Virus record (IMG/VR): IMGVR_UViG_3300027733_000039
Location: 33,132-97,131 of that record
DNA: 64,000 bases
Reading direction: 5' to 3' (one strand)
From: a virus
A program made the translations under genes and the position numbers. Position 1 is the first letter of the stretch. Each line of letters opens with the position of its first letter. This document shows, piece after piece, positions 45,733 to 55,433 of this stretch. The notes below the pieces were generated by a model that saw only the letters and a list, made by a program, of their open reading frames with translations, had not been told where the DNA came from and searched no databases.

Positions 45733-47310
45733 ATGGCATATGATCGTCCAGGAGTCTACGTAAGAGAGACTCCATTTACCAGCAATATCACACCTCGTAA
45801 TGCCACAACGGCAGCCGCCTTTGTTGGCGAAGCAGAGCGTGGTCCAGACTCCCCTGTCTTGGTTTCCTCATGGAATGACTACAAGGCAGCATTTGGTGAG
45901 GTCTCCAATACATATGACCTCGGCTATGCCGTCTACCATTACTTTGCAAACGGTGGGCGTGACGCTTACGTATCACGAGTACTTGATACCACTGCTGCTG
46001 CTTCAACAACCACCTTCCAAGGAACCATTACTGGCGCATCAGCGGCAAGTAACTTGTTCGTATTGAAGGCAGCCTCTAAGGGTGTCTGGGGTGACCAACT
46101 TTCAGCCGTTATCACTTTTGATGCAAACACTTTGACAGACCCATCGGGTACTCCAAAAGTTAACTCAGCCAGTTTGTTTTCTTTGGCAATTAACCAAGTT
46201 CGTGGCAGTTCAACAATTGAAGTTGAGCGTTGGCAAGAGTTGTCTTTTGATATCACTTCCAGCCGTTACTTCAAGAGCGTCCTTGACTTGTACTCAGCAT
46301 ACGTCAAAGTTTCAGGAACCCCAGCCACAATTGCAAGTAATGTTACCATTGCTATATCTGGTATTACAGCAAGTGTTCTTAGTAAGTCCCTTACTTTTGC
46401 AGGCGGTTCTGATGCTGTTAACGCATCTGCCGTACCTGCCGATACTGAGTGGGCAACGGCTGTAACCAACTTGGACATTGTAAATGGTCCTTTGTTGATT
46501 AACCTTGTTGGACAAACTTCCAGCACCCGTGTCAACCAAGCCCTTGCTTACGCAGCAGCCCGTGCTGATGCTTTCATCATTATTGATTGCCCTCTTTCGG
46601 CAGCAACTAAGGTTGACATGCAAACTGCGGTATCAGGTTATAGCACCAGCAATGGTGGTTTTGGCGCTGTGTACTTCCCAGCATTGAAAATGTATGACCC
46701 AGCAAAGAGTGGTCCAACAGCAATCCGTGACACCTACACAGGTGGTGCAATCGCTGGTGCTTATGTACGTTCAGAGAACCTCCGTGGTGTTGCTAAAGCA
46801 CCTGCTGGTTACTTCTTGGATCTACAGAACGTATTTGGACTTGTTGCAAAACTTACAGATGCTGATCAAGGTGCTTTGTACAACACCAACAATGTTAACT
46901 GCATCCGAATGGTTGCAGGTGGTGGAACAATCATCAATGGTGCCCGTACCTTGGCTAAGAATCGCCCAGATAAGTACATCACCATCCGACGCAGTCTTTC
47001 CTTCTTGCGTGTTGCTCTTACTGAGCAATCACAGTTTGCAGTGTTTGAATCAAATGATGAGCGTCTGTGGGACCGTATCAAAGTTGCACTTTCAAGCACT
47101 TTGACGGACTTCTGGGCAAAAGGAAACCTTAAGGGTGCAAATCCAGGATCTGCTTTTTATATCATCTGTGACTCCACAAATAACACACAAGCGTCTATTG
47201 AAGATGGATACGTAAATATTGAGGTTGGCGTTGCCTTGCAATACCCAGCCGAATTCGTTGTAATCAACCTCACCCAATGGGCTGGCGGCAACTCCGCTGT
47301 AACCCTTTAA
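45733..47310 (+). CDS. tail sheath protein
   Basis: RPGVYV.E, YFANGG, KAPAG, GARTL, FE.ND..LW, PAEFV. Confidence 0.93.
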   Translation: MAYDRPGVYVRETPFTSNITPRNATTAAAFVGEAERGPDSPVLVSSWNDYKAAFGEVSNTYDLGYAVYHYFANGGRDAYVSRVLDTTAAASTTTFQGTITGASAASNLFVLKAASKGVWGDQLSAVITFDANTLTDPSGTPKVNSASLFSLAINQVRGSSTIEVERWQELSFDITSSRYFKSVLDLYSAYVKVSGTPATIASNVTIAISGITASVLSKSLTFAGGSDAVNASAVPADTEWATAVTNLDIVNGPLLINLVGQTSSTRVNQALAYAAARADAFIIIDCPLSAATKVDMQTAVSGYSTSNGGFGAVYFPALKMYDPAKSGPTAIRDTYTGGAIAGAYVRSENLRGVAKAPAGYFLDLQNVFGLVAKLTDADQGALYNTNNVNCIRMVAGGGTIINGARTLAKNRPDKYITIRRSLSFLRVALTEQSQFAVFESNDERLWDRIKVALSSTLTDFWAKGNLKGANPGSAFYIICDSTNNTQASIEDGYVNIEVGVALQYPAEFVVINLTQWAGGNSAVTL

Positions 47311-47328
47311 TCAAGGAGCATATAGAAT

Positions 47329-47967
47329 ATGGCAATTTCACAACGCACAGACCCACTAAGGAACTTTAAGTTCCGAGTGAGCATTATGCCAAAAAACAAC
47401 ACTGGTAACTTAGGTGCTAACCTTGGTGCACTTGGTGAACTTGGTTTTGCCCAAGTAAGTGGTATCTCCGTGACTAACGAAGTCATTTCTTACCGTGAAG
47501 GTGGAATGAATACACATCCACATAAAATGGTGGCTCAGTCCGATTTTGCTCCTGTGTCGTTTGCACGTGGCGCATTTGCTGGACAAGACCAACTATGGCA
47601 ATGGCAGAAGTTTATCCATGCATGGTTGGGTGGCGGTGTTTCTGGAGAAACAGGACTAGCGACAGGTGACGGAGATTACCGTTGCGACATTATTGTTCGT
47701 GTTTACGATCATCCACATACAGCAACTGAAGCAACTACTGGGGCTTTGAATTACCAGTATGATGGTGGCGTTGACCAATCAGGAGCAATTGTTCCAGGAA
47801 ATGTGAAGTTTGCATTTAAACTTTTCAATGCATGGCCTGGCGCTTACGCTCTTACTGATTTGAACGCAGGAGACAATGGTATCCTGATTCAATCAATGAC
47901 AGTTCACCACGAAGGCTTTTATGTTGCATGGAACCAAACAGATATTGATAAAATCGCTACTTTATAA
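47329..47967 (+). CDS. tail tube protein (T4 gp19-like)
   Basis: DPLRNFKF, YREGG, F.RG, NAWP, L.AG..HEG. Confidence 0.9.
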   Translation: MAISQRTDPLRNFKFRVSIMPKNNTGNLGANLGALGELGFAQVSGISVTNEVISYREGGMNTHPHKMVAQSDFAPVSFARGAFAGQDQLWQWQKFIHAWLGGGVSGETGLATGDGDYRCDIIVRVYDHPHTATEATTGALNYQYDGGVDQSGAIVPGNVKFAFKLFNAWPGAYALTDLNAGDNGILIQSMTVHHEGFYVAWNQTDIDKIATL

Positions 47968-48004
47968 CATTTAAATAAGTACCACAATTTAGGAGCACAA
48001 AAAG

Positions 48005-48787
48005 ATGGATGCAAAACAACAGGCTGACTCTATTAACTCAGCACTTCAAGAGGCTATTCCTGAAATGAAAGCAGCCCCTAATACGGTGGTTGAACTCATA
48101 CGAGGAATCTTTAATGACGAACTTGAATCATGGGATACCACGGCTGTAGTTCGGGAACTAAACGGGTTTGATGAAGAGGCTTTGGCTTCTTTGGATAACC
48201 GTAACCTTGTGTACGCAGAGTACATGTCAGCACTATTAAAGCGGGCAGTGGTCTCTATTGGCTCTGTAATGATTGCAAATAACCCATCTGTTATAGACAA
48301 CCTCATTATTGGTGATAGAGACTTGTTATTTCTAGGGGTTGTTGAAGCCACCTACGGCAAAACCCGAGAGTACCAAGTTACCTGTAGGTCTTGTGATGCA
48401 TCTAATGACGTCACTGTTTCTATGGATGAATTTGAGAACAAGAAAACAGATCTTGATGTTCACAAACCTTTAGTAGGCGTTCTATCTGATGGCACTGAAA
48501 TAGAGTTCCGACTTCCTACAGGTGGTGACAGTCAACTTGTAGCCAAGAAAGCAAAAAGTACAGCGGAACAAAATACGTTTATGATTGCCCGTTGTGTCAC
48601 TAGTAAGCACATTAAAAATGCTGAAAACTGGGCAAAGGGATTGGGACTAAAAGACCGAGCCAACCTTGTCAAACTCCTGCTGGACAACCAGCCAGGACCT
48701 GTCGTAGGGGAGGTGAATGCCCAATGCGCCACGTGTGGTGAACCAATGGTTCTAGCGCTTGATTGGGCATCCCTTTTATTCGGTTAA
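48005..48787 (+). CDS. tail assembly chaperone / T4 gp26-like protein
   Basis: VRELNG.DEE, GDRD, two CxxC; between tube and tape measure. Confidence 0.7.
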   Translation: MDAKQQADSINSALQEAIPEMKAAPNTVVELIRGIFNDELESWDTTAVVRELNGFDEEALASLDNRNLVYAEYMSALLKRAVVSIGSVMIANNPSVIDNLIIGDRDLLFLGVVEATYGKTREYQVTCRSCDASNDVTVSMDEFENKKTDLDVHKPLVGVLSDGTEIEFRLPTGGDSQLVAKKAKSTAEQNTFMIARCVTSKHIKNAENWAKGLGLKDRANLVKLLLDNQPGPVVGEVNAQCATCGEPMVLALDWASLLFG

Positions 48788-48926
48788 CTTAACTCATATA
48801 TACTGGGAATACGATCTGATCGCCACGGTTTACAAGGGCTTCACGCTCACTGACTTACAAAATATGACGGTACGCCAAAGGCAGTACTGGTCTGCAATGG
48901 GCAAATGGCGTAAATCTGGAGATTAA
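48759..48926 (+). CDS. tail chaperone second ORF, probably reached by frameshift (not in ORF track)
   Basis: +1-frame ORF ..YWEYDLIATVYKGFTLTDLQNMTVRQRQYW..; no ATG or RBS at its start. Confidence 0.6.
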   Translation: MIGHPFYSVNLTHIYWEYDLIATVYKGFTLTDLQNMTVRQRQYWSAMGKWRKSGD

Positions 48927-48929
48927 TGT

Positions 48930-51608
48930 ATGGCGGAAATGCCGAGTGAACCAAGTATTGGGAGTGGGGCGTTTGGTGATTCTTTCGTGCCTGCTGGTAA
49001 TTCTGGTAAGGCTGACGTTGCTTTAACGCTTGCCCAAGTTCCTAAACTTGTTGATAAGTTTTCTGATCGTTTAGATAAAGCCTCTGCACAAATCAAGGCT
49101 TTTGCAGCAGCCTTAAAACAAGCGACAAGTTCTGCTGGTACTTCCCCTACCTCAGCAACCACTTCAGGCGGTGCTATTGCACAAGCCATTGCAGCGTCCA
49201 AGGCGCAAGTAACTAAAGGACCTGTCCCTATTGCTTCAGCAGGCGCTGTAGGGGGCGGTGGGGGCTTCTTTGCCAACATGCGTGGTGCTCTTAGTGCTGA
49301 TGGTGGCGCAGGCTATGCAGATCTTGCAAAGGGTGCCATGAAAATAGGTGGGCAAATACTTGGCGCCGTAGATGCCCGCACTAATTCTGCGTACCCAAAG
49401 ATGTTGCAGAACGATCAATTGGCTGTTCTATACCAGCAAACACAAGGCATTAACCAACAACAGTATTACAACCAGTTCCGACAGCCTCTCCAAGGTGCCC
49501 GCCTTGGTGCTGGTGGTATCAATACGCTTTTGTCTTTACAAGCACAAACAGGTATCCTTGCTAAAAACCAAGCATCAGGTGTAGCAGGATTACGAGCCGC
49601 TACAGGCTATGCCTATAGCACTGGTGACATGGCTCAAATGTTACAAACATTGGCTTCACCACAAGTAAACAACCGAATGACCATGACCCTTGGTACAGGT
49701 TTATATGGTCTTGGCGGCAAACAACGATCTATTACAGAAGTAATGCAAAGTATTGTTCGTGGATCTGGTTTGACTAATGCACGAATGGTTCAAGGAGCCA
49801 TGCAACAAGGCTCAGTAACTCGTGCTCGTTTAAGTTCTATGGGGGTACCTGAAGACATGCAAAACATGGTTCTTCAGTACGCACAAGAAAACGTACAGTT
49901 CCAACAAAAAACTAAAGGTCGTCAGGGAATGTACAACCCTGAAAACAAAACCCAAAGACAGACAATGGGTATTGAAGCAAATTTTGCTACGCAACGTGAA
50001 GAAACAACTAGGGTGTCAGAACTTCGTGATGAAAAGTATTACAACCGTCAAAAAGACAACCTTGCTACAATGGAAAAGAATACGCAAGCGTTAATCAAGT
50101 TACAAACAACCATGGAAGAATTGGCATCTGGTCTTATTGGTAAACGTATATCTACCCGTGGTTCAATTGCGATGCGTGCACTAAAAGGTGTTGCTGGTCT
50201 TGGTTTGATGGCTGGTGGCGCCGCTTTGTCAGAGTTTGGTATTGGCATACCTATGGCAATGGCTGGTGCTGGAATGTTTGGTAGTGCTTTTACAGGAGAC
50301 GGTACTGAGACAAAGAGTAATAACAAAGGTGCAACTGTTAGCACTACTAGAAAAACTTCTGGTGCAGTAGGAAATCTTAATAGTACATTTAGACAACGTC
50401 TTGAACAAATGATGCAAGATAACCCCAACGTTTCTGTTGGTGGAGGGTTTCGCTCAAGTGCACAACAACGAACCCTATTCCTTTCTCGTTACTCTCGTAC
50501 CTCTGATAAGACAGGTACCTTTTGGGATGGTGCGTACTGGAAGAAAAACTCTGGTGTTGCAGATGCTGCTCCTCCAGGAATGTCAATGCACGAAATTGGA
50601 TTGGCGGCTGACCTTACAGGCGACCTCCAATGGGTACAACAAAATGCGGCTAAGTATGGCCTAAAGACTTTTGCTGATGTAAATAATGAACCTTGGCACG
50701 TTCAACCAGCAGAACTTCCAAATAGTCGCCGTGACTACGAAAAAGCAGGAGCCACATGGGGAACTATTGCTGGCGCTGAACGCTTTGATCCAAACAGCAA
50801 ATTTGAAGGAATGACTTCTGAAGGTGGTGTATCTGACGCTTTAACGAAATCTGGTGGGAGCGCTGTACCTTCCTTTAGTCAAATGAGTATGGGTGATCAA
50901 ATGACCGCATTCCGTGCAGCCTCAATGATGGGTGGTGGTGGGGGTGGTGGTGGAAGAATGATGACAGGACGCCGTGTGCGTAATGTTGGTTCCCCTAATA
51001 CGTCTACTCAGAATTCTGGTTCTGTAACAACAGGTACCCCAATGGACCCTCGTGCTATTGCCCAAATACTATTAAACCGTGGATTTAAAAAAGAAGATAT
51101 TTGGAAGATGTTGGCTATTTCTTCTCGTGAATCACGCTGGATTCCTTCTGTACGTAACGTAGGTCCTGTTGATGACTCCTATGGTCTCTTTCAAATAAAC
51201 ATGAAAGGTTACCTGGGTGAGGGACGACGTAAGCAATTTGGAATTGCAGAAGACAGTGAACTATTTGACCCAAAGACAAATATTAAAGCCGCTCGCATTA
51301 CATATGGCGGTGGCAACCTTTCACCTTGGAGTGTTAAAGGTGATTGGAAAAATGGAATTGATCCAGACAAGATGGCTCAAAGCAAGAACATTGCGCAAAG
51401 TATGAATCTTCCTACAACGGGAGACCCCACAACACCAATGCGTGGAGGTGGGGGTACTACCGTAGTATCTGGTGGTGGAATCACTATTGCTCCAAACATC
51501 TACATTCAAAGTGCAGGTAACAATGTGGCTGACGCCCAACGTGCAGCCCAGGAAGTTGCAAAACTAATGACTCAAGATCTTAAACGTGCTGCTATGAGGA
51601 GTTTCTAA
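48930..51608 (+). CDS. tape measure protein with M15 peptidase and lytic transglycosylase domains
   Basis: Ala/Gln-rich helical body; SMHEIGLAAD..EPWH; RES..YGLFQIN. Confidence 0.85.
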   Translation: MAEMPSEPSIGSGAFGDSFVPAGNSGKADVALTLAQVPKLVDKFSDRLDKASAQIKAFAAALKQATSSAGTSPTSATTSGGAIAQAIAASKAQVTKGPVPIASAGAVGGGGGFFANMRGALSADGGAGYADLAKGAMKIGGQILGAVDARTNSAYPKMLQNDQLAVLYQQTQGINQQQYYNQFRQPLQGARLGAGGINTLLSLQAQTGILAKNQASGVAGLRAATGYAYSTGDMAQMLQTLASPQVNNRMTMTLGTGLYGLGGKQRSITEVMQSIVRGSGLTNARMVQGAMQQGSVTRARLSSMGVPEDMQNMVLQYAQENVQFQQKTKGRQGMYNPENKTQRQTMGIEANFATQREETTRVSELRDEKYYNRQKDNLATMEKNTQALIKLQTTMEELASGLIGKRISTRGSIAMRALKGVAGLGLMAGGAALSEFGIGIPMAMAGAGMFGSAFTGDGTETKSNNKGATVSTTRKTSGAVGNLNSTFRQRLEQMMQDNPNVSVGGGFRSSAQQRTLFLSRYSRTSDKTGTFWDGAYWKKNSGVADAAPPGMSMHEIGLAADLTGDLQWVQQNAAKYGLKTFADVNNEPWHVQPAELPNSRRDYEKAGATWGTIAGAERFDPNSKFEGMTSEGGVSDALTKSGGSAVPSFSQMSMGDQMTAFRAASMMGGGGGGGGRMMTGRRVRNVGSPNTSTQNSGSVTTGTPMDPRAIAQILLNRGFKKEDIWKMLAISSRESRWIPSVRNVGPVDDSYGLFQINMKGYLGEGRRKQFGIAEDSELFDPKTNIKAARITYGGGNLSPWSVKGDWKNGIDPDKMAQSKNIAQSMNLPTTGDPTTPMRGGGGTTVVSGGGITIAPNIYIQSAGNNVADAQRAAQEVAKLMTQDLKRAAMRSF

Positions 51609-53230
51609 TGGTTGATCGCTATGCAACAAAGCAATTTTATAACTTTGGTAACTATGAAACATCACTTAAAACGTATGGTAACAATCAAGCAACAGATAAT
51701 CCAAAGTTTTTATGGCCTAAAGATTCAACTAGAAATGCGGCTTTAGGACAAGACAAAGAAACTAAAGTACAACGTGGGTATCTTCGTATGATTACTGAAG
51801 CATACGGAACAGAAAATACTGCATTGGGAAACCGCAGACTACACTTTCAATTCAATCCAGATACCTTAACAAGAATGGTTTCTGCTCGTAATGATATTCA
51901 AATGTGGCAGAACCAAGATCCATACCAGTTTACGCAACCCATTCCTGGTGATGCTAACTTTTCGTTTGATTTAATGTTTAACAGAGAAGCAGAAGTTGCC
52001 TCTGCTTCATATAGAACTGGTAATGGCATAGCAGTAAGTGATAAAGCGGCAAACTTTACAAGAAAAGTAAATACGGGAGGAGGACATCCGTCCCGCCCTA
52101 AAACCACAAGTTTTACAGATAGTCCTTATGATCAAGCGTGGGTAACAGACATTGGGGTTCTTGCTGACCTTATGGTGTTTGACCAGATTATTGGTCAAGG
52201 AATGAACAAAGACCTTATTGAAAAGATAGCAAAAAAAGCACAAGATGTTACTGCTGCATACAACTTGTCAAAGAGCGGAGTAACAGGGACATCTGATGCC
52301 GCTGACAAAGAAATAACGTTTGACTTAGACAAAACTAAAGTTTCTTTAGGAACTAATATAGGAAACTCTGCTTTCTTAATTGCCCAACCAATTCGTGTTG
52401 TATTTTCTTCAACGTTTATGGTTGAAGGTTTTGTTACAAGCACATCAGTAGTCTTTAATAAGTTCAACCCAGCAATGGTGCCTACACAATGCTTAATAAG
52501 TGTACAAATGCAAGCAATGTACATTGGGTTTGCCAATAAAGATACATACCTTACAACTTTATACAAAGACTTTGACGCATCATCTGCTTTTACGTCTACC
52601 CAAACAGCAACAACACAAACTGCCGAAAACAAAGCACTTGTAGACTACGGTAAAAAGGTAACAAACCCAGCCCGTGGTTTTGTAAAAAGTGGTACTTTAG
52701 ACAAAAGTAACTTAAACCCTGCACGTATCTACACCACTGATAATGATCAAGTCTCTCGTGTGACCATGAGATTACTGCTTTCAGAAACTACAAAAGACTT
52801 TGCAAAGAGTAATTATGGTTCTATAACTGCCTATTTAAGAGTAGTGGTGACATACCTAGGTAGAACTGGTGGTGCTTCTGTGCCACCTACAGTTAGTTAT
52901 AAAACAAATGATGAGGTTTACCGCACTACTGCATCTAAAGAATTGAATATGTCTAAGGCAAAAGATGGCGTTACAGACCTTGAGTTTGAAATTAGTAACC
53001 CAACGCACACTGCTGGTGCAGTATGGGATACGGCATCAAATGCTAGGTATAGAATAAATGCTGTTATTTATTATCACATAGATGGAACGCAAGGCGCTAG
53101 TGTTGATGCTACTCAAATTGCAACAGCAACAGAAGAACTTACTTGGAATCAAACGTGGTATGTGGCTGAACATTTAAAAAACAGTGTAGTCTCAACAGCA
53201 ACAATCCAAGGATACATTGATGCCCCTTAA
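51608..53230 (+). CDS. baseplate/tube-initiator-like protein
   Basis: FQFNP..F.L.F.R motif; follows tape measure. Confidence 0.6.
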   Translation: MVDRYATKQFYNFGNYETSLKTYGNNQATDNPKFLWPKDSTRNAALGQDKETKVQRGYLRMITEAYGTENTALGNRRLHFQFNPDTLTRMVSARNDIQMWQNQDPYQFTQPIPGDANFSFDLMFNREAEVASASYRTGNGIAVSDKAANFTRKVNTGGGHPSRPKTTSFTDSPYDQAWVTDIGVLADLMVFDQIIGQGMNKDLIEKIAKKAQDVTAAYNLSKSGVTGTSDAADKEITFDLDKTKVSLGTNIGNSAFLIAQPIRVVFSSTFMVEGFVTSTSVVFNKFNPAMVPTQCLISVQMQAMYIGFANKDTYLTTLYKDFDASSAFTSTQTATTQTAENKALVDYGKKVTNPARGFVKSGTLDKSNLNPARIYTTDNDQVSRVTMRLLLSETTKDFAKSNYGSITAYLRVVVTYLGRTGGASVPPTVSYKTNDEVYRTTASKELNMSKAKDGVTDLEFEISNPTHTAGAVWDTASNARYRINAVIYYHIDGTQGASVDATQIATATEELTWNQTWYVAEHLKNSVVSTATIQGYIDAP

Positions 53231-53471
53231 CTCCTCATCACGTTATACGACCTATAAGGATCCTACGACTTCAGTGCTCCTTGCAGTACCAAAAACCACG
53301 TCATCTGAAAACTACAGTACGTATGTTTCTAAGGCTGGAGACACCTTTGATATTATTGCTACTCGTATTTATAGAGACCCAAGTTTGTATTGGCGTATTG
53401 CTAACATAAACCCACATGTAAAGTTTCCTAATGAAATACCAATGGGTACACAACTTAGAATACCAACATGA
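53220..53471 (+). CDS. LysM/tail-X-like baseplate protein
   Basis: GDTFDIIA..Y.DP..YW.IA..NP..G..LRIP. Confidence 0.85.
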   Translation: MPLNSSSRYTTYKDPTTSVLLAVPKTTSSENYSTYVSKAGDTFDIIATRIYRDPSLYWRIANINPHVKFPNEIPMGTQLRIPT

Positions 53472-54640
53472 TTTTTAAGAGTAACTTCCCTAACTCTCCA
53501 GATGTTTCTGTGGTGCTCAGTGGTGTATCAGTAGATTACACGTCCATACAAACAGTCACTATTGATATTGCCGAAAACCAACATGATATGGCAACTATTG
53601 AGTTTGTAGGACTTTTGCCTAAAGCCATCACTAATTATGTGGGTACACCTGTATTCATCTCAATATCAGTAAGCCCAGCACAAGTTACCTCATTTTATGG
53701 TTATGTAACATATGTAGAACCTGAGATGACTACTCGTCTTGGTTTAATCAATAATAGTCCAGTACAGGCTGCTACGGTCGTTTGCTTTGGATCTAGTTAT
53801 GACATGTCAAGTACTAAAAACAAAGTATGGGAAAATATAACTATTCCTAACCTTGTTGAAAAACTTGCAGATACATATAACTATTCATACTCAGTTCCTT
53901 CTGATTATTTTGTTTGGAACCGATTGTTACAGAACCAACAATCTGACTGGGCATTTCTAAAAGAAACTTGTTCGGCTATTGGGTACTCATTGACTACTAA
54001 TGGCACACACATACATGTGTATGACCCCTACAAAGCAATAGGAAGAAAACTTCCTTATGTAGAACTTGTAACAGTCCGTGGGGCATCAGGAGACATGGTT
54101 TATGTTCCAGGGCGTATTATGGAATTTACGGGAACGTTTGGAGATATTACTCCAGATGGTGCCTCTAATCGTTTTGATTACGTTGGTATTGATTCTTCTG
54201 GAAAAGCAGTAGTGTCCTCAACTAATGACACGACCTTTAGTAACCTAGGAGAAGTTGTTCCATATAAATATATAACTACTGTAAACACAAACGTCTCTTC
54301 TGTAGAAATGCTTAACAAGTTTGCAAGTGGTGCAGTGCGTAAACGTTACCCTTACAACGCCAAGGTTATAGTAACGGGCATTCCAGATCCAGTACCAGGC
54401 TCTATCGCCAAGATTGATAACTACGATTCTAACTTTGATGGTTACTGGTTAGTGCGCTCTGTAAAGCACACTGTAACCAGATCTAACTTCCTTACAGAGT
54501 TGACTATATCTACGGATTCTACTAATGGTAAAAACCCAGAAGTGGCCCCTGTTACGGCATATGCACAACCCCCTGTACCAGTACTTTCCACAACTAATGC
54601 TTGGAAGGCTTCTAAAGCCTCTGGAGAAGTGTATGTTTAG
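53468..54640 (+). CDS. baseplate hub (gpD/gp27-like)
   Basis: Q..QSDW.FL, G.W.V.SV.H. Confidence 0.75.
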   Translation: MIFKSNFPNSPDVSVVLSGVSVDYTSIQTVTIDIAENQHDMATIEFVGLLPKAITNYVGTPVFISISVSPAQVTSFYGYVTYVEPEMTTRLGLINNSPVQAATVVCFGSSYDMSSTKNKVWENITIPNLVEKLADTYNYSYSVPSDYFVWNRLLQNQQSDWAFLKETCSAIGYSLTTNGTHIHVYDPYKAIGRKLPYVELVTVRGASGDMVYVPGRIMEFTGTFGDITPDGASNRFDYVGIDSSGKAVVSSTNDTTFSNLGEVVPYKYITTVNTNVSSVEMLNKFASGAVRKRYPYNAKVIVTGIPDPVPGSIAKIDNYDSNFDGYWLVRSVKHTVTRSNFLTELTISTDSTNGKNPEVAPVTAYAQPPVPVLSTTNAWKASKASGEVYV

Positions 54641-55016
54641 TAACCCTGTATACCGAGGAATTGTAACCTACTCAGATGGGACTACTGGAGAGATTAGGGT
54701 TCGTGTGCCTGTACTGGCTGGAACAGATGGGGTTCTTCCTATCTCATACATTGGTAGAACAGCGTACAATGGAGTTTGGGCAGTTCCCGCAATTGGATCA
54801 CAAATAGTAGTCACCGCTGACGATGCAAACCTCACTAATGTGTTTTGGCTACAGGTAGCCCCTGACCCTGCCACATCTACGACGGGTTTACAAGATCAAA
54901 TAAATGTTAACACTAGCAATATTGCAACAAACACTAGTGGTATTGCAGCAATTATAGTACGCCTTAATGAACTAGAATCGTATAGAGATGCTCTACTTTT
55001 AGGAGTTTTTAACTAA
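54633..55016 (+). CDS. baseplate spike-like protein (gp5/gpV N-terminal OB fold) with short coiled coil
   Basis: YRGIV..G.IRVRVP..VP.IGSQ..V. Confidence 0.7.
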   Translation: MFSNPVYRGIVTYSDGTTGEIRVRVPVLAGTDGVLPISYIGRTAYNGVWAVPAIGSQIVVTADDANLTNVFWLQVAPDPATSTTGLQDQINVNTSNIATNTSGIAAIIVRLNELESYRDALLLGVFN

Positions 55017-55019
55017 ATC

Positions 55020-55433
55020 ATGCCATCCATAGCAACCCCCTTTAGTATTGATAGTTCAGGACGTGTTGCTAAAACAAACACGCCCGAGCGCATAGCCGAA
55101 CAGCAAATTATTGATGTTCTAACAACCTCCAAATTTGAAAGAGTAATGAGACCAACATATGGTGCTGGGGCTACTCAACTACTTTATGAGCCAGTTGATG
55201 ACCTTGTTTATGGAGAATTCAAAACTGATGCGTTAATGGAATTAAACAAAAATCTAACAGTTGCTTCAGTTAATAATTTACTAATACAACCTTCGGACAT
55301 TCCATATGTGGATGCCGACCCCAGCGTAGTCATTGAGATAAAGGTGCAGTACAGCATGGCTTTGTCTAATAACCGAGTTTTTTCTTTTAAAATAGCAACC
55401 CCTACTGGCCTCACTGAGGAGTCTTTGATATGA
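55020..55433 (+). CDS. baseplate wedge gp25-like protein
   Basis: LTT..ERVMRPTYG. Confidence 0.85.
   Translation: MPSIATPFSIDSSGRVAKTNTPERIAEQQIIDVLTTSKFERVMRPTYGAGATQLLYEPVDDLVYGEFKTDALMELNKNLTVASVNNLLIQPSDIPYVDADPSVVIEIKVQYSMALSNNRVFSFKIATPTGLTEESLI

Noticed and set aside
48770-48792. Canonical -1 frameshift in the tail chaperone
   Set aside because: The -1 frame reaches TAA within four codons.
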